DNA of 64,000 nt from assembly GCA_951406725.2 (NCBI GenBank), contig OX597826.1, positions 15,438,001-15,502,000 on the forward strand, written 5' to 3'. The translations under genes and the position numbers were made by a program. Within the stretch, counting starts at the first letter, position 1. The number at the start of each line of letters is the position of its first letter. Source of the DNA: Octopus vulgaris (Eukaryota). Of the stretch, positions 42,768 through 57,232 are shown one piece after another. The notes beneath the pieces are model-generated. The model did no database searches, was not told the origin of the DNA, and saw only the letters and a list, made by a program, of their open reading frames with translations.

Positions 42768-43650
42768 GATTTTGAAATAGAAACAAATATGACTCTTCAA
42801 TGGTTAGCTGTTAAAACAGACATCTTCTTTACAGCAGCTCAGGGTCAGAGTCTTTCTATCAGAAACTACCTAGCCGACATTCTTAAAAATTATGCTGATC
42901 CTACCTGTACCAGACAAAACAAATGACCACTTCATCTGGACACTTTCTGTTCTCCTCAAATTCATTAATCGCCATGATCGACTCAGCTAGTATTTGCACT
43001 GGATCATATGCCGTAAGTTTGGATCATTTGCACTGGATTCCCATTTGAGAAAAACTGCTGAGAACATAATCCTGTCATAGCAGTAGAAAATAAAGATATC
43101 ACAGTTCCTTTGGCTTCATTATTTAAAATGATCTTGATATACTGACCAATAGAGCAGTTATTGTGGCATAAATTCCCATTAACAAAACACGCCTGCTCAT
43201 AGATATGTCAGTCCTAGCAGACTACAATACTTCGGTTAAAACATTTGGAAAGTCAAGTAATTATAAGAAACTTGAAATAGAGGTTTCAGAAATGTGGTAT
43301 ACAAGAACAGCAGTTGTACCTGTGATCATCGGAGCTTTGAGGACAATACTAAATAACAATTCCAAAATATTGGATAGCGAAATATATTAGAATTACAAAA
43401 ATTGTTTTCAGGAGTACTGACCACATACCAAGAAAAACATTATCAACTTGAAAATATTTAATTCTCAGAAAACTTTTTCAAAATTGGAATATTACAAATT
43501 CAACAAAATCTTGTTACTCAGGTCCTGGTCTCCTTTCCCTACAATATGTCATAGGATAACATACATAACAAAACTTTTAACCTGCTGTTACTTCAGGCTC
43601 TCTGTGAGACTAATAAGAGCTCGTATAAAACAAAGTAACAATAACGTAAA
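42200..43650 (+). mobile_element. R4/Dong-clade (RLE-type) LINE, decayed 3' portion
   Basis: RKTRKLL...HSKTDVDRLYLSR, QWL..GLK, TAAQGQSL..RNY, RHD..YLHWIIC and IDMSV..D.N..KY..LEIE..MW...VVPVIIGAL (RLE nuclease C-terminus); associated with (TAA)n. Confidence 0.82.
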
Positions 43651-45478
43651 TAATGGTGTCAACTATTGCTACAAGTTCGGGAGGTGGTAAAAGTCGATTA
43701 GGACGACCCCTGTACTCAACTGGTACTTATTTTATCGACCCCGAAAGGATGAAAGATAAGGTCGATTACCGCGGAATTTGAACGCAGAACGTAAAGACGG
43801 ACGAAATGCCGCTAATCAATTTTAAAACCGCGCTTTAGGTGGAAGACATAATTACCGCTAAACAAACAATTACTATAACTGCTTCAAATTTTGACACATG
43901 GCCAGCAATGATAGAGAGGATTTATAGAATTACCTCGGTTCCACTAAGTGACTAAACCCGGAAGACCATGTAAGGCCATAATATTTGTAGGAAATTTGGA
44001 TGTTATTAATCCCGGTGATGAGAAATCTGTTGTTAATTTCGGTGAGGAGCAATCTGTTGTTCAATCACCTGATACTTCTGCTCGTCAGAGTAAGGTGTGA
44101 ATAGACCTTAGACAGTTGGCTTAATATACCTTAGGCACTTACACTTATAACGCAATTCTCGGGACGTATCATCATGATGTAATGTCAAATGATGTTACTA
44201 TTTTGAATTACACGTCCCAGATACATAATATATGCATACACACATACATTCATACGCATAGCAGGTATCCAGTCACGACTGTACTGGATTAATTTGACCT
44301 TTGATTTAAAAAAACCCCACAAATTTGACCTCGCGATGATTTGGACTTAACGAGCTGTGAGTTGGAACGAATAGAGAAAATCTTTCTTCTCTACGTTCCT
44401 AACAACTCTACCTGTTCTTGTTTTTAGCCCATTATGAACTAGTAATTATGAACCCAAACAAAAGCCAGAAACAACGTTTGCTTTATGTATTATTGTAACT
44501 GAGGACTTAAAGCTATGCAAGAACAACTTAGAAGTCACTCGCCACCAAGCATAAATCAAGCCTTCGTTAATCGTTTTAAATGCCTCTTACCCACTGGATT
44601 CTCCTGTTCTTGACCCAATGGTCTAATGGAATCGAACCTACGATCTTGTGACCATGAGCCAATTATTCTAACCACAAAGTCAACTGAGTACACTACAAGT
44701 AAGTAATCCACTGATAGATATTTAAATCCATTTGATCCCTCTCTGGTTTTGTCTTTGTGTTTATATACGTTTTACTGTTGTCGAAAAGTCGAACGTCAAC
44801 CACAAGTTTTAAAGCCATGAACATCACCCCGAAATAGTGTATCTGTGACTATATAATTTCGAATGTACTTCAAGACGGCAGGGTTTGAAAAAGATTTAGC
44901 TGCAACTTCTAGCAGGTTGAAAAACCATATAATCTGTCCCTCTTCGTTAGCTAGTTGTATATACGTCGAACAACTTTCAGCGTTTGATTAGGAATAAGAT
45001 AATGTAATGTGTCTGTGTGTTCTGCATCATTTCTTCTAGCTCGCTGGATGTCTATGTGTGCATTTATTGTCTCGGATTTGTTGCTGTTGCCTTGTTTCTA
45101 TTATAATTCGATTTATATCTGAAATGAACAATATGTATATAAATTAACTAAATACCACAATGACATTTTCTTCGACGCTCTACTAATGCTGCTAAGCTAC
45201 CGCCAGTCCAGATGAATTAAATGTACTCAACATATTCCAGCCGTGACAAGACACTTCTGTTATTCAGGAATGATAAATCGAGGAGAAGATTATCCAAAGT
45301 TTCCTTCTATTTTGAAAGAGTTGAAGGAGATTCGGCTACTTTATCTAGCACGTAAAGCGAACATCTCAAGGCTTCCCTCTGTTTTTTGTTATATTTTTAG
45401 TAATATTTTGTGTGGAAATAGACTTAATGCAGATAACAAAGGGTGACTGATGTTCAAACATTCGTGGCCACACACACA

Positions 45479-45537
<59 letters not shown>

Positions 45538-47292
45538 TAACCACATTATGCCTTTTCATAAATATTGTTGTTTGGATTCGCATTAAAAATCTGATAAAGT
45601 CATATTTATCCATTGTTGCAGTTAAAACTCGTAATGATAAATGTGTATTATTTTTTTCGTAGAATATAAGGAAGATGTGAGTAAGAGGTGTTAATAGATT
45701 TAGTTAGTTGATATATGTGGCTATGTGCTTATAAAAAGAAGTTGTTTCAATTAGACACTAGGCGTAGAATTATGAATTGGAAAACTGAGAATGAAATGAT
45801 GAGACATTAATAGTTTGATTAACATGAGTAAAATGCAAATTATTTCATTGAATGTTACAAGAAAGAAGACCAATGATGTTAATGCTTGTTGCCATCCCAT
45901 ACCGGGAAAGTTGATAGGTTGAAGTTGAAGCTGGTCTTGCATGACATAGTATGTGGACAGTTAATCAAAATATAATAGTTGACCGAAAACATTGAATCAA
46001 CAATTTATCGAATTGTAGCAAATATTAAAATAATTTCTTTTCGAAAATGATTATACTGCCACACTTTATTGAAATATGTTTTTCATTCTTTTTTTTTTTA
46101 TCAAATTGTAAAAAAAAGGTTTAGTTTATCTATATGTGTATCTTGTTTATATATAAAGCTGCAAGCATTAGCTAACACACACACAGACACAGCTCCATAT
46201 ATATGCGCAGTTTCCCCTTACGTGAAATTATAACATATTTTTATAATCTGCTTTCATTTATGCAGCATAACATTAACACCATTTCCAGATATTGATGCAA
46301 TTACCACAGATTTTGAACCAGTTACGATAAATGCGTCATAGGCGCATTTACTTAAATTATTCTGATTTTTGGACATTAAAAATAAAGACAACACGCACAT
46401 AATCTATTACATTTTAATAAAGAATATTTTAAGAAAACTTATCAACATAACATTGATTTTTTTCCTTGTTCTATTTTGTGTATATAGAATAATTTTGGCA
46501 TTCGAGTATTTGTCAATTCGAGTAACTTTTATTTCAAAGAATTATCTTTTTCGATTAACCAGAGAAAATTAAAAGGAGCTTCTGTTTTGAGAGAGAAAAG
46601 ATCGGTTATGTTCTTTGGACACGTTTTTAAGGTTAACACATTCACTGGGAAAGTAATCCGCATAGCCTGATTTGAATACGATTTATATATGAAGAACTGC
46701 AAAATTGATTTTGACTATAATTTATATTTTTGAGCAACACTTCATAATTCGATAAAATTGAAAATAAAACAATAAATACACACACAAACATTGACATACA
46801 TAGACATATATGTACACTTCTATGTCTGTACATATGTGTGTGTGAGCTTGCATGCGTGTGTGTGTGCGTGTGTGTGTACGTGTGTGCGTACATGAGTGTG
46901 TTTGTGCGGGTGTCCATACGTAATATCAAATGTTGACTGTACAGGGTTGATTATAGATGTGGTAGTGGTAGTGATGGTAGAACTGTTTTCGATGGTCTTG
47001 TAGTCTTGGCAATAAACCCGGTAGAGCTGTTGGAGTTGGTGGAAGTTGGGATGGTGGTGTTCCTTGTAGTGGTGTGTCAGTAGACATGCGAGATACGTAG
47101 TATCAAATCACTTGGCCAAGGCTTACTGTCATAATGTATTTGGTTTATTTTCTCTATCGGCGAGAAATTTCATCCCATGTTACTGAAGTCTACATTGCTG
47201 AAAATGATTACTCCCTCTCTTCCTCCAGTTGTCATACCATGAATGTGCTGCTTGTTCAAAGGTTGATAGAATTGTGAGAAAAAAGATCTATA

Positions 47293-47453
47293 GGCGCAGG
47301 AGTGGCTGTGTGGTAAGTAGCTTGCTTACAAACCACATGGTTCCGGGTTCAGTCCCACTGCGTGGCACCTTGGGCAAGTGTCTTCTCCATTAGCCTCGGG
47401 CCGACCAAAACCTTGTGAGTGGATTTGGTAGACGGAAACTGAAAGAAGCCAGT

Positions 47454-47497
<44 letters not shown>

Positions 47498-47735
47498 TGT
47501 GTGTGCGTGTATGTTTGTGTGTCTGTGTTTGTCCCCCTAGCATTGCTTGACAACCGATGCTGGTGTGTTTATGTCCCCGTCACTTAGCGGTTCGGCAAAA
47601 GCGACCGATAGAATAAGTACTGAGCTTACAAAGAATAAGTCGCGGAGTCGAGTTACTCGATTAAAGGCGGTGCTCCAGCATGGCCGCAGTCAAATGACTG
47701 AAACAATTAAAAAGAGATAAAAAGAGAAAAAGAGA
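47293..47735 (+). mobile_element. SINE family C (CORE-like octopus SINE), full length
   Basis: tRNA-like head tggctgtgtggtaag / gggttcagtcc, CORE-like ccttgggcaagt, central (TA)(TG) tract, AAAGAG tail. Confidence 0.92.
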
Positions 47736-48104
47736 AAGAGAGACTGCCTCTGACTGAAAAGAACTAACGAAACCATGGTACATATCAGCAAGCCGTATTC
47801 GTTCACGGACGACATCTGGCACTTTATATTTACGTATCTGTCTCTATAGCAGATACGTCTGTAATAATCTCTCACGCCTAAAACGCAGCCGATCCACGAA
47901 CTGACGACATAAACACCTTGTCTGTGTGTATTCGATTTTGTTTATAATTCTGCAATTATTCAAAAGAAAGTAGAAAGTATATTTACTATGCCTATTAATT
48001 GGTATATCGTTATTGCTATGGTAACAGTCGTTATAACACATGTTGCAAGCATTTTTCAGACAAATATTTACTGAAGAAAAACAACAGCAATGGTAGCAAC
48101 TTAG

Positions 48105-48105
48105 A

Positions 48106-48157
<52 letters not shown>

Positions 48158-48761
48158 TGTAGTAGTAGTAGTAGTAGTAGTAGTACTAGTAGTAGTAGTA
48201 GTAGTAGTTGTAGTAGCTGCAGTACAGCAGCAGTTGCAGTACAACAGCAGTTGTAGCAGTAGTAGTAGTGGTAGTAGAGAAGCAGCAGTGGTGGTGGTAG
48301 TAGTAGCAGTTGTAGTGGTGGTGGTGATGGTTGTGGTGGTATCAGTGGTAGTTTCAAGAGTTGGCGGCTTTTGAGTAATTGTTACAATAACGGAAATTAA
48401 TATCTTGTACCTCACCAACCACTTAACAATCACTAGTGCCACTACTATAACGAACACCACCATCTCAACCACCACTACCTCCAACACCTTTGCCATGTTC
48501 ATTGCCATGACTACAACAGGCATCGTAATCAGCCCTAACATCATAACCGCTACCACATGTACAATCAATCCTGAACAACCGCCAAAGCCAGAACGAAATT
48601 ACCGTCGCCAATACACCATCACCACAAACTGCACCACTTCTACAACTACCTGTACAACTTCCATGACTACAAATACTACAACCACAGCCTTTATCATTAC
48701 AACCATCGTGGCTACTGCTTCTGTGATCAATAATACAACTACATTAACCGCCGTCACCTCT

Positions 48762-48792
<31 letters not shown>

Positions 48793-48885
48793 CCAACAAC
48801 ACCACAGCCACCACCACTACCACCACTACCACCGCCATCACATAGAGAATCCATAAAACCTATAACCACCACCACCACCACAGAT
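48105..48885. repeat. (TAG)n followed by degenerate (ACC/AAC)n low-complexity DNA
   Basis: Seen directly. Confidence 0.85.
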
Positions 48886-49223
48886 GTTGCATACTGTCAT
48901 ATATATCTCGATCATGTAATCCTGCTATCAAATCTTATCACAAATGGTAACCTCAAGGAAGTAAATGTCGAAAGTCCTACATTTTTCTAAGCGGCACGGC
49001 TCAAGGACATGTAATATTGGAGGGAATGAGAGGTAAAACATCATGTCCACCTTTGAAAGGACACCAATACGTCTCTCTCAGTTTACTTTCAATGATGATC
49101 TGCTACATGCATACATACATACATGCATACATACATACATACATGCATACATGCATGCATACATACATACATTCATACATACATACATACATACATACAT
49201 ACATACATACATACATACATACA

Positions 49224-49259
<36 letters not shown>

Positions 49260-49370
49260 TACATGGATGAAAACATTTTGACTAAAATTCCATGGTACTT
49301 TTGAGTTTGAAGCACGATACCAGTCTTCAGCCATTTTTGCTTATAATTATGTGTGTGTGTATATATATAT

Positions 49371-49752
49371 AGAGGGACAGAAATTCAAGATCAAATCTAA
49401 CTTTACTTGTGCCTCTGAAAACATAATTTATGTCATAAAATGCTCGGGCTGCCACCAAGACTACGTGGGATCCACGGGACTATCACTCAGACGTAGATGC
49501 ACACTGCATCGACAACAGATTGCATTCCCAGAATACAGAATGATACCTTTTAGTGAGCACATTGAGAAATGCGGAAAGCAACTACTACCACAATTTTTAA
49601 TCTTTCCATTTTACCAATGTGCCATCGGATCATCAACACAAATTAGACTAAACAAGGAAACATTCTTCATTGAAAAGTACAAGCCCAGACTTAACCATCC
49701 GAACATACTGATACAGAGAAATTCACACCAAGGGAAAGGAAAACATTTTTAA
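49371..49752 (+). CDS. GIY-YIG endonuclease domain of a 5'-truncated Penelope-like retroelement
   Basis: FTCASENIIYVIKCSGCHQDYVGSTGLSLRRRCTLH...FSEH...RLNKETFFIEKYKPRLN: IIY / YVG.T / R / E / LN motifs with CxxC; the frame is open and starts at a (TA)n junction. Confidence 0.9.
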
Positions 49753-49861
49753 GCGATTATCTCCCTTACACCGGAAGAAATCACTCATTACCTCCTCTTA
49801 TTTAGAACTCTCTTGAACATAAACATAACGATAACTCTATTCAGCATAAACATAACGTCGT

Positions 49862-49900
49862 AAGAAATTTGAAAAGCTAAATGCGAAACCGGTCTTTCTT
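49862..49900 (+). ncRNA. Minimal hammerhead-like motif, U3-A8 core variant
   Basis: aagaaa t TTGAAAA gc taaat gc GAA ACCGGT C tttctt; 6-bp helix I, palindromic ACCGGT, GUC triplet, 110 nt after the GIY-YIG stop. Confidence 0.6.
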
Positions 49901-50007
49901 CAAAACTATGTCATTATAAGTGGAAAAACATTTTTTTAATATTCTTCAGACATATTGACGCAAATATATATTTTTTAACATTTAAGCCTTCTGTAGTTTT
50001 TTTTTTA

Positions 50008-50126
<119 letters not shown>

Positions 50127-50387
50127 ATAGATATGCGTGTGTGTGTATGTGTGTGTAGAAGTTTAAAATGTTGCACACGAGTTTATATGTATAAGGAAAA
50201 TAGGACAAGGTACAAAATGCTAAAGTAATTTCATCATGAAGAATATTTTAGTACCGGTTTTTGCGAGTTTTTCAACTTAGAGTAAAGCAAGAAAAACAAA
50301 TAAATTGCGGGAAAATTTTGAAAATATTTCTTCAAGTTGAAAATTTTCCTTCAAGATAAAATTATTTGAACATTTTCTACTTTGTCC

Positions 50388-50459
<72 letters not shown>

Positions 50460-51605
50460 CACTACCGAAAACCAGTTGAAGTAAGACTTGTAGCAAAATT
50501 CTCGTGTGTGTGCGTACAGGAGAATTGTTCTTTTCTGATTTGAATTGAAGTCATTGGAAATGATAGTTAGTTTTCATGTATTCGGAACAAGAAGAAGAGG
50601 ACGACCACGTGGAGAGCGATGACTATAATCACCACACCACCACTATCAGTGACCACCAATAACAACTCTCACATCATTCCAACGAGAACTCAATGTGGTC
50701 ACTCAGATTTCAACATATGGTAGCCAAGTCTTTCTGAAATCATGGCATAGCTTCTACAAGAATAAACGGTACATAAAATAATGTAAAACCAGATACACTA
50801 TCTGAGACGAAGAGAGGTGGCCATTGCTGGAATGATTTCATTACAGACTTGATCAATTTCACGCCTGCACAGACTCTAAATAACAACAACAATATCCAAT
50901 TTATCAAATTAATGTGGAGATTCTCTACGTCGTTGCTCGACTTTCTCTATGTAACAACGAATTTCCTTTCAGAACAATACTAATTATACTATGAGCCGCT
51001 CACTACCATACCAAAAAAATTCAGCCCACAATAATAAACACAACAGCCACAAAAGCATGTAGCATCATTTAATCTGCAGCTTTCACAGTAGAAGCACCAG
51101 CATCAGCGTCAGCCGCATCAGCATCAACATCAGCAACAAGAACAACTGCTAGATCAATAATCAGTGTGTAATCGAAGTCGCTACTATTACAGACAATAAT
51201 TAGTTACTGTGGAGATGCTTGGGGTAGGAGTAATTTTGCTGATAATGATGATCGAGTTCGCTATTGTTCATAGAACGGCTGCCGTTTCTTTTGGTCAAGG
51301 CCAGAAAGTTTTTGAAAGTGCGTCTAGACTGGAACTAAACAAAAACGCCAAGACAAAACATCAGTTACATCAACACTAACGGGAATGACATTGACAAAAT
51401 TACTATCAGTAACTGAATGCGTTTTATTTATAGTGTAATTAACTTCTCTGCCTCTAGCGAGTTGGGACACTCCAACGAATCACAACGTTCATATTCTACT
51501 ACTACCCCAAGATACAAGAATATCAAATACTTTTATGGATAAACTTCAGAAAGGTCTCCACAATATCATTCCCACGTAAATATAGTCATTTTATACAATA
51601 TTTTT

Positions 51606-51606
<1 letters not shown>

Positions 51607-51681
<75 letters not shown>

Positions 51682-51711
51682 GTCTATCTATCTATGTCTA
51701 TCTATCTATCA

Positions 51712-51743
<32 letters not shown>
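51607..51743. repeat. (TATC)n microsatellite (further tracts at 52973-53045, 53415-53510, 54025-54195, 54518-54594)
   Basis: Seen directly. Confidence 0.95.
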
Positions 51744-52499
51744 CGATCTGCATCGTGGATCAAAAAGAGGCCGAGGAAGGGCGATTGGCACCGCGAGTGT
51801 CGCGTTGCTCTCAAGCAACTCTGCCGTCCCGGGTCGACCTTGAGTGACTCCAACACAACCAAAGCATTCTATAGGGGATTAGTGGAGGGGAGGTACGACG
51901 ACGAGCTCGGGGCGAACCTGGACGTCGACGAGGAGTACCTGACCCGCCTGTTCAGGACGACTTTCGGGCCAGGGCCCATGGATAACTTCCAGAGATCCCT
52001 GGCCTGGCAGTGCTACCGAGAAGCGCTACCCGTTCGGGATAAGCTCTACAGACACGGCTCGAGAAACACGGGGCCGACCTGCCCGAGATGCGGTCAGAGC
52101 GACGAAACCGTTCTGCACGCACTCGTGCAGTGTCCAACAATTTCCGACCTGTGGGCTTATGTCGAACAACTGCTGTCACGTGTGGGACGAGTCGGTTTAT
52201 CAGCTGAGTCTATCGTCAATATTGTCACGCCTCCTTCCTTCAAACGGGAAGGAAGAGCTATTTTCATCATCCTTGTGGCTATGGCGAAAGAATGTATCTG
52301 GTGGACGCGTCTGAAAGGATTGGAGACAAACACTTTCCTCTCTGGTCAATCTCTCATCAACTTCTTCAAGTACCACTTGAAAAGGAAAGTGAGAGTAGAG
52401 AGGCAAGTTTTGTCTAGTGAATGTTTTAAAAAAAGATGGGTGAATGTAGCAAGGATGGCACGTATGAATGACGAAGCCACCTTGAGCATAATCCTATGA
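51744..52499 (+). CDS. LINE ORF2 C-terminal fragment with zf-RVT (CCHC) domain
   Basis: [12 protein letters not shown]...[25 protein letters not shown]...AKECIWWTR; the frame is open from the 5' junction (51744) to the stop at 52499; CpG-rich. Confidence 0.88.
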   Translation, partial: RSASWIKKRPRKGDWHRECRVALKQLCRPGSTLSDSNTTKAFYRGLVEGRYDDELGANLDVDEEYLTRLFRTTFGPGPMDNFQRSLAWQCYREALPVRDKLYRHGSRNTGPTCPRCGQSDETVLHALVQCPTISDLWAYVEQLLSRVGRVGLSAESIVNIVTPPSFKREGRAIFIILVAMAKECIWWTRLKGLETNTFLSGQSLINFFKYHLKRKVRVERQVLSSECFKKRWVNVARMARMNDEATLSIIL

Positions 52500-52971
52500 A
52501 CCCAGAAATTGAAAACAGAGGGTTACCCACTTGCAAACAAATGTGGTAACATATAACAATATTGACCAAGGTTACCGTGGTCTTTTTCGTAGGCTTTTCT
52601 TCCCACGGATAAACCTTACTTGCTTTCCCCTTTACACCATATATCATATCACTGTGATACACGATCCCTATTGATCGTTCTTTTTTTTCCTCTTCCCCTT
52701 TTTTTTCCCCTTTTTTCTTCTTTTTCATTTCTCTTTCTTTTTGTTCCTTTTCCTTTTCTTTTTTTTCTTTTTATTCTTTTTATTTAGGTTAAATCTGTAT
52801 TTTTTTTTGTTTTTGTTCTTTTCTTCCCTTTTACGATCCCTCTTGATCGAAAACCCACGCCACCCCCTTTTTTTTTTCTTTTGTTTTTTGTTCTCTTCAT
52901 CCCCCAAAAGAAAAGCTCTACCTTGTAACTTGTCCCATCTGTGTGCAGCCCTGTGTGGCCAATAAAGAAAC

Positions 52972-52972
<1 letters not shown>
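51744..52972 (+). mobile_element. Tx1/L1-clade LINE, 5'-truncated, inserted in (TATC)n
   Basis: ORF2 C-terminus, T-rich 3' UTR, AATAAA at 52961, (TATC)n on both sides. Confidence 0.88.
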
Positions 52973-53033
<61 letters not shown>

Positions 53034-53049
53034 GTCTATCTATCTGTGA

Positions 53050-53414
53050 TATTATTGACCGATGTTACCGTGGTCTTTTCCGTATGCTTTTATTTCCACG
53101 GATAAACTTTATCTGTTTCCCCCTTTACACTTTACATGATGACATTCTGTGATACACGATCCCTATTGAAGCTTTTTTTTACAATTGTCTGCATTCTTTC
53201 AAATAAATAGATATATTTATTTAGAAGAATTCAAACAGTTTCTCTGTGCGTGCAGACGCATACACTCAAACACACTCACGCACCGGATTGCACATACATG
53301 CAAACACACATGTTCATATATGCTTTGTCATATTAGTTATAGGCCTAAATAGAAATACCTTAGTTTGTAATTTGTCCCCTCTGTGTTCAGCCCTGTGTGG
53401 CTAATAGAGAAACA
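53050..53414 (+). mobile_element. Older copy of the same Tx1-like LINE 3' UTR, also between (TATC)n tracts
   Basis: 53050-53180 matches 52560-52690 and 53365-53412 matches 52923-52970; followed by (ATCT)n. Confidence 0.82.
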
Positions 53415-53514
<100 letters not shown>

Positions 53515-53564
53515 GTTCTCTTTTTCCTTCTCTCTCTGTATACGCAAATATATTCATTCACTTT

Positions 53565-54025
53565 ATCTAATCTGTTTCATTCGTTTAGTTTCGGCTATGC
53601 AATGGCAGCTCCGTCACGACTGTCGTCCATCAAATTGAATCCAGAACCTATTTTCAGTTTCGTATTTACTGTAACGGCGTCTTTTGGCCGAATCGTTACG
53701 TTGCGGGAACGTAAATAACCTTAAGCCAAACGTCGTAAGACAAACACTAAGAAAAAGACAAGCACAAATACACGCAAGAACAAATACAGAACAAATAAAA
53801 TACACATGCGCGCCCACCGCCCTTGCACATGCACACGCACACTCGCGTGCACACGCACACAAATGGTAGGTTTACACAGTTCTGTCTGTCAAATTCATTC
53901 ACAAGAAATCAGTCGAACTGAGACTACAATGAAATAAATTCTTCCAAGGCTCAACACTGTTGTAGCAAACCCAAAGAATCCTGAACCGCATAGCGAGGAG
54001 CAAACTTCTTAATCACACAGCCACC
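53565..54025 (-). mobile_element. SINE family C, old copy
   Basis: tttggccgaatcgttacgttgcggg..gcaaacttcttaatcacacagccac. Confidence 0.6.
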
Positions 54026-54035
54026 TATCTATCTG

Positions 54036-54168
<133 letters not shown>

Positions 54169-54243
54169 TTATCTATCTATCGATCGATCTATCTCTAGCT
54201 TTCTCACTGACTCCATCTCCTTCCCTCCCTGTCTCTTTCCCTG

Positions 54244-54279
<36 letters not shown>

Positions 54280-54489
54280 TATAAGAGGGAAGATCACTAA
54301 TTAGACATCCACTTAGTGGTCATCCCTCTTATATGTATGTAATATAATTTTTCTGAATCTTCAGATTTTTCAGTCTACTAGAACAGTGGTTTTAAATTGA
54401 TATTAATCAAATTAATATTCACATTTTCAACCTTATTTTGAATTTGAATTTATGTATATATACATATATATATATATAGAGAGAGAGAG

Positions 54490-54524
<35 letters not shown>

Positions 54525-54535
54525 TAGATAGATAT

Positions 54536-54596
<61 letters not shown>

Positions 54597-54623
54597 CCTA
54601 ACGCAAGTTGAATTCTATATTCA

Positions 54624-54808
54624 AATAAGGTATTTCTATTTATGCCTATAACTAATATGACAAAGCATATATGAACATGTGTGTTTGTATGTGTGTGTAG
54701 TTGGGTGCGTGAGTGTGTTTGAGTGTATGCGCCTGCACGCACAGAGAAACTGTTTGAATTCTTCTAAATAAATATATCTATTTATTTGAAAGAATGCAGA
54801 CAAATTGT
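54624..54808 (-). repeat. Inverted duplicate of 53181-53362
   Basis: About 180 bp of high reverse-complement identity. Confidence 0.9.
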
Positions 54809-54899
54809 AATCATATTTCGTCCTGAAATAGAAGTTGTCAAAAAAATTAATGGAATCATTGTAATTGTATTTATATAGAGGCATATTGTATGCAATACT

Positions 54900-55290
54900 A
54901 AGAGGGAAAGCAAACGAAGATACAAGAAAAGAACGTTAAGAGGAAACAATGCAAGTAAGATGTATGACGATTGGATGAAATACAGTATTATTAGAGAATG
55001 GTTAGGTCTTATTTATAGATCAAAAGCAGAATGCTCGGTAGTACAGATTTTGCAAACTAAATAAGAGAACAAACTGTTTATAAGAGAGTTAATTAATGAG
55101 GGATAAACAAGGAGTGTTTTAACGATAGAAGAGGTTTAAGGTTTAATTTTTAGTTAACTGGAATTTGATCTAGATGGGTGAAACATCGAAGCAATAAACT
55201 TCGATTCTGTTTTAATAATATGGGAAGGTAAATCAAATGTTGTCATCTGAAACGTTGTGAGAAATGGTATAAAAGAATTCATAAATTATG
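54900..55290 (-). mobile_element. Possible decayed CR1/L2/Jockey-type LINE 3' end
   Basis: Minus strand NSFIPF....LPSHII resembles the 'SFIPRT..WN.LP' motif. Confidence 0.3.
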
Positions 55291-55379
55291 TTGTGTCTGG
55301 GGGGAGTCATATTGTCTCAATCCCTTATTATATAACACACTCACCGGTTCGATTTCCACTCATTATATATACACATACG

Positions 55380-55716
55380 AGTTGTCAAACATTTAAAACA
55401 AATTTTCTCAAAACAACTTGTCCGACCGTCCCATAGGCCTCCCCTTTGAGTAACACAGATTTAACCTAAATTTGAGACACCAGCAAAAGAAGAAATAAAG
55501 ATAGAATATTTTCTATTCAAAAGAGAAACGATTTTATTGCGCTTACAAATGCACGTTCCCACTGCTTTATTGATCGCATTCTCACCTGGAATCGATTTTG
55601 TAATTTTTTAAAGAGTTATACACGCCCTGATACCATCGGTATCTACATATCAAATTTGAGCGCAATCGGATGGAGGATGCCCGAGATCCTAGAAGCCACA
55701 CAGACAGACAGAACGG

Positions 55717-55725
<9 letters not shown>
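55380..55725 (-). mobile_element. Helitron/Helentron-like non-autonomous element end
   Basis: caaatttgagcgcaatcggatg...acagacagacagaacggattatata resembles the reverse of the 36164 Helitron 5' end. Confidence 0.4.
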
Positions 55726-55810
<85 letters not shown>

Positions 55811-56584
55811 CATATTCTATACTGTTCTCTAAAAATGTATGGCTAATGTCACTGAAAAAAGCATGTATGATTGCATTGGAAATATCACTTCTCATCCATA
55901 GCCGGTGTTTGTCACGCGTAGATGACAGGTTACTACCCAGAAATTCGGGTCCATGTGTATTACGTCAGACTAGAGATGGGAACGATGATTTCCCTTTGCA
56001 AATACGGATAGGGCACAGACAGTGTGTCATCAGCCAGCTGGAGGAGATGTCTTCCAGGGGCTATAATCTGTAGTAGCATCGTCTCATATGGGTCAGCCAT
56101 ATTTAGGTGGCAAATACACTTCACGGTGTATATATAATTATATACATATATATGTACATAAATAATTAATTAATAAGGGTGAGAGAATTAGATACTAATT
56201 TAATAGTATACCTATTCAACACCAAGTGGCCCAGTGCCCCGAGAAACCTGGATTATTATAATATTTTATAACATATTATAATATTTTATACAAAAATAAA
56301 TATAAGAGAGTGGTCACTATGTGGCTCACTCTAGCACTAGTAATAGATCCAATAGGTTTCAACCACAAAAATACATGTTTCCCATGAAAGTCAGTACGAT
56401 TGTTAGCTCACACGAACAGGGCAAATAAAAAATAACAAAAATACAGATTATTTTGGGACAATTGTTTCGCTATTTATGTACATAAATATATATCCATATA
56501 TATATGCACATAAATATATATCCATATATACATGTATATACATACACATATACACATATATACACACATATATTGATACATATG

Positions 56585-56627
<43 letters not shown>

Positions 56628-56651
56628 ATATACACATACACACACATATAA

Positions 56652-57040
56652 GGCGCAGGAGAGGCTGTGTGGTAAGTAGCTTGTTTACCAACCACATGGT
56701 TACGGGTACAGTCCCACTGCGTGGCACCTTGGGCAAGTGTCTTCTACTATAGCCTCGGGCCGACCAAAGCTTTCTGAGTGGATTTGGTAGACGGAAACGG
56801 AAAAGAAGCCCGTCGTATATATGTACATAGGTATGCGTGTGTGTGTTTGTGTGTCTGTGTTTGTCCCCCTAGCATTGCTAGTGTGTTTATGTCCCCGTTA
56901 CTTAGCGGTTCGGTAAAACAGACTGATAGAATAAGTACTGGGCTTACAAAAGAATAAGTCTCGGGGTCGAGTTGCTCGATTAAAGGCGGTACTCCAGCAT
57001 GGCCGCAGTCAAATGACTGAAACAAGTAAAAGAGTAAAAG
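56652..57040 (+). mobile_element. SINE family C, full length
   Basis: Matches 47293-47735. Confidence 0.92.
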
Positions 57041-57232
57041 ATATATATATATATAGATATATATATATGGGTGTGAGTGATTGTGTATAGAAGAATATAT
57101 TAATAAAAAGAATTCCAACCTTGTCTGATTTTCACGTTTTATTTACAATCTTATAATGATATATTATAAGATAATATATTATAATTGAATAAAATAAAAT
57201 GAAATAGTAGAATGTTAAATGTTCATTCTGAT

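Noticed and set aside
48405-48845. Thr-rich mucin-like ORF
   Set aside because: Degenerate (ACC/AAC)n low-complexity DNA like that at 1-240; no signal peptide, domain or splice evidence
49283-49335. Minus-strand atgg CTGAAGA...AAAAGTA ccat hammerhead candidate
   Set aside because: G12 is missing, helix II does not pair and the triplet region is deleted; at most a dead relic
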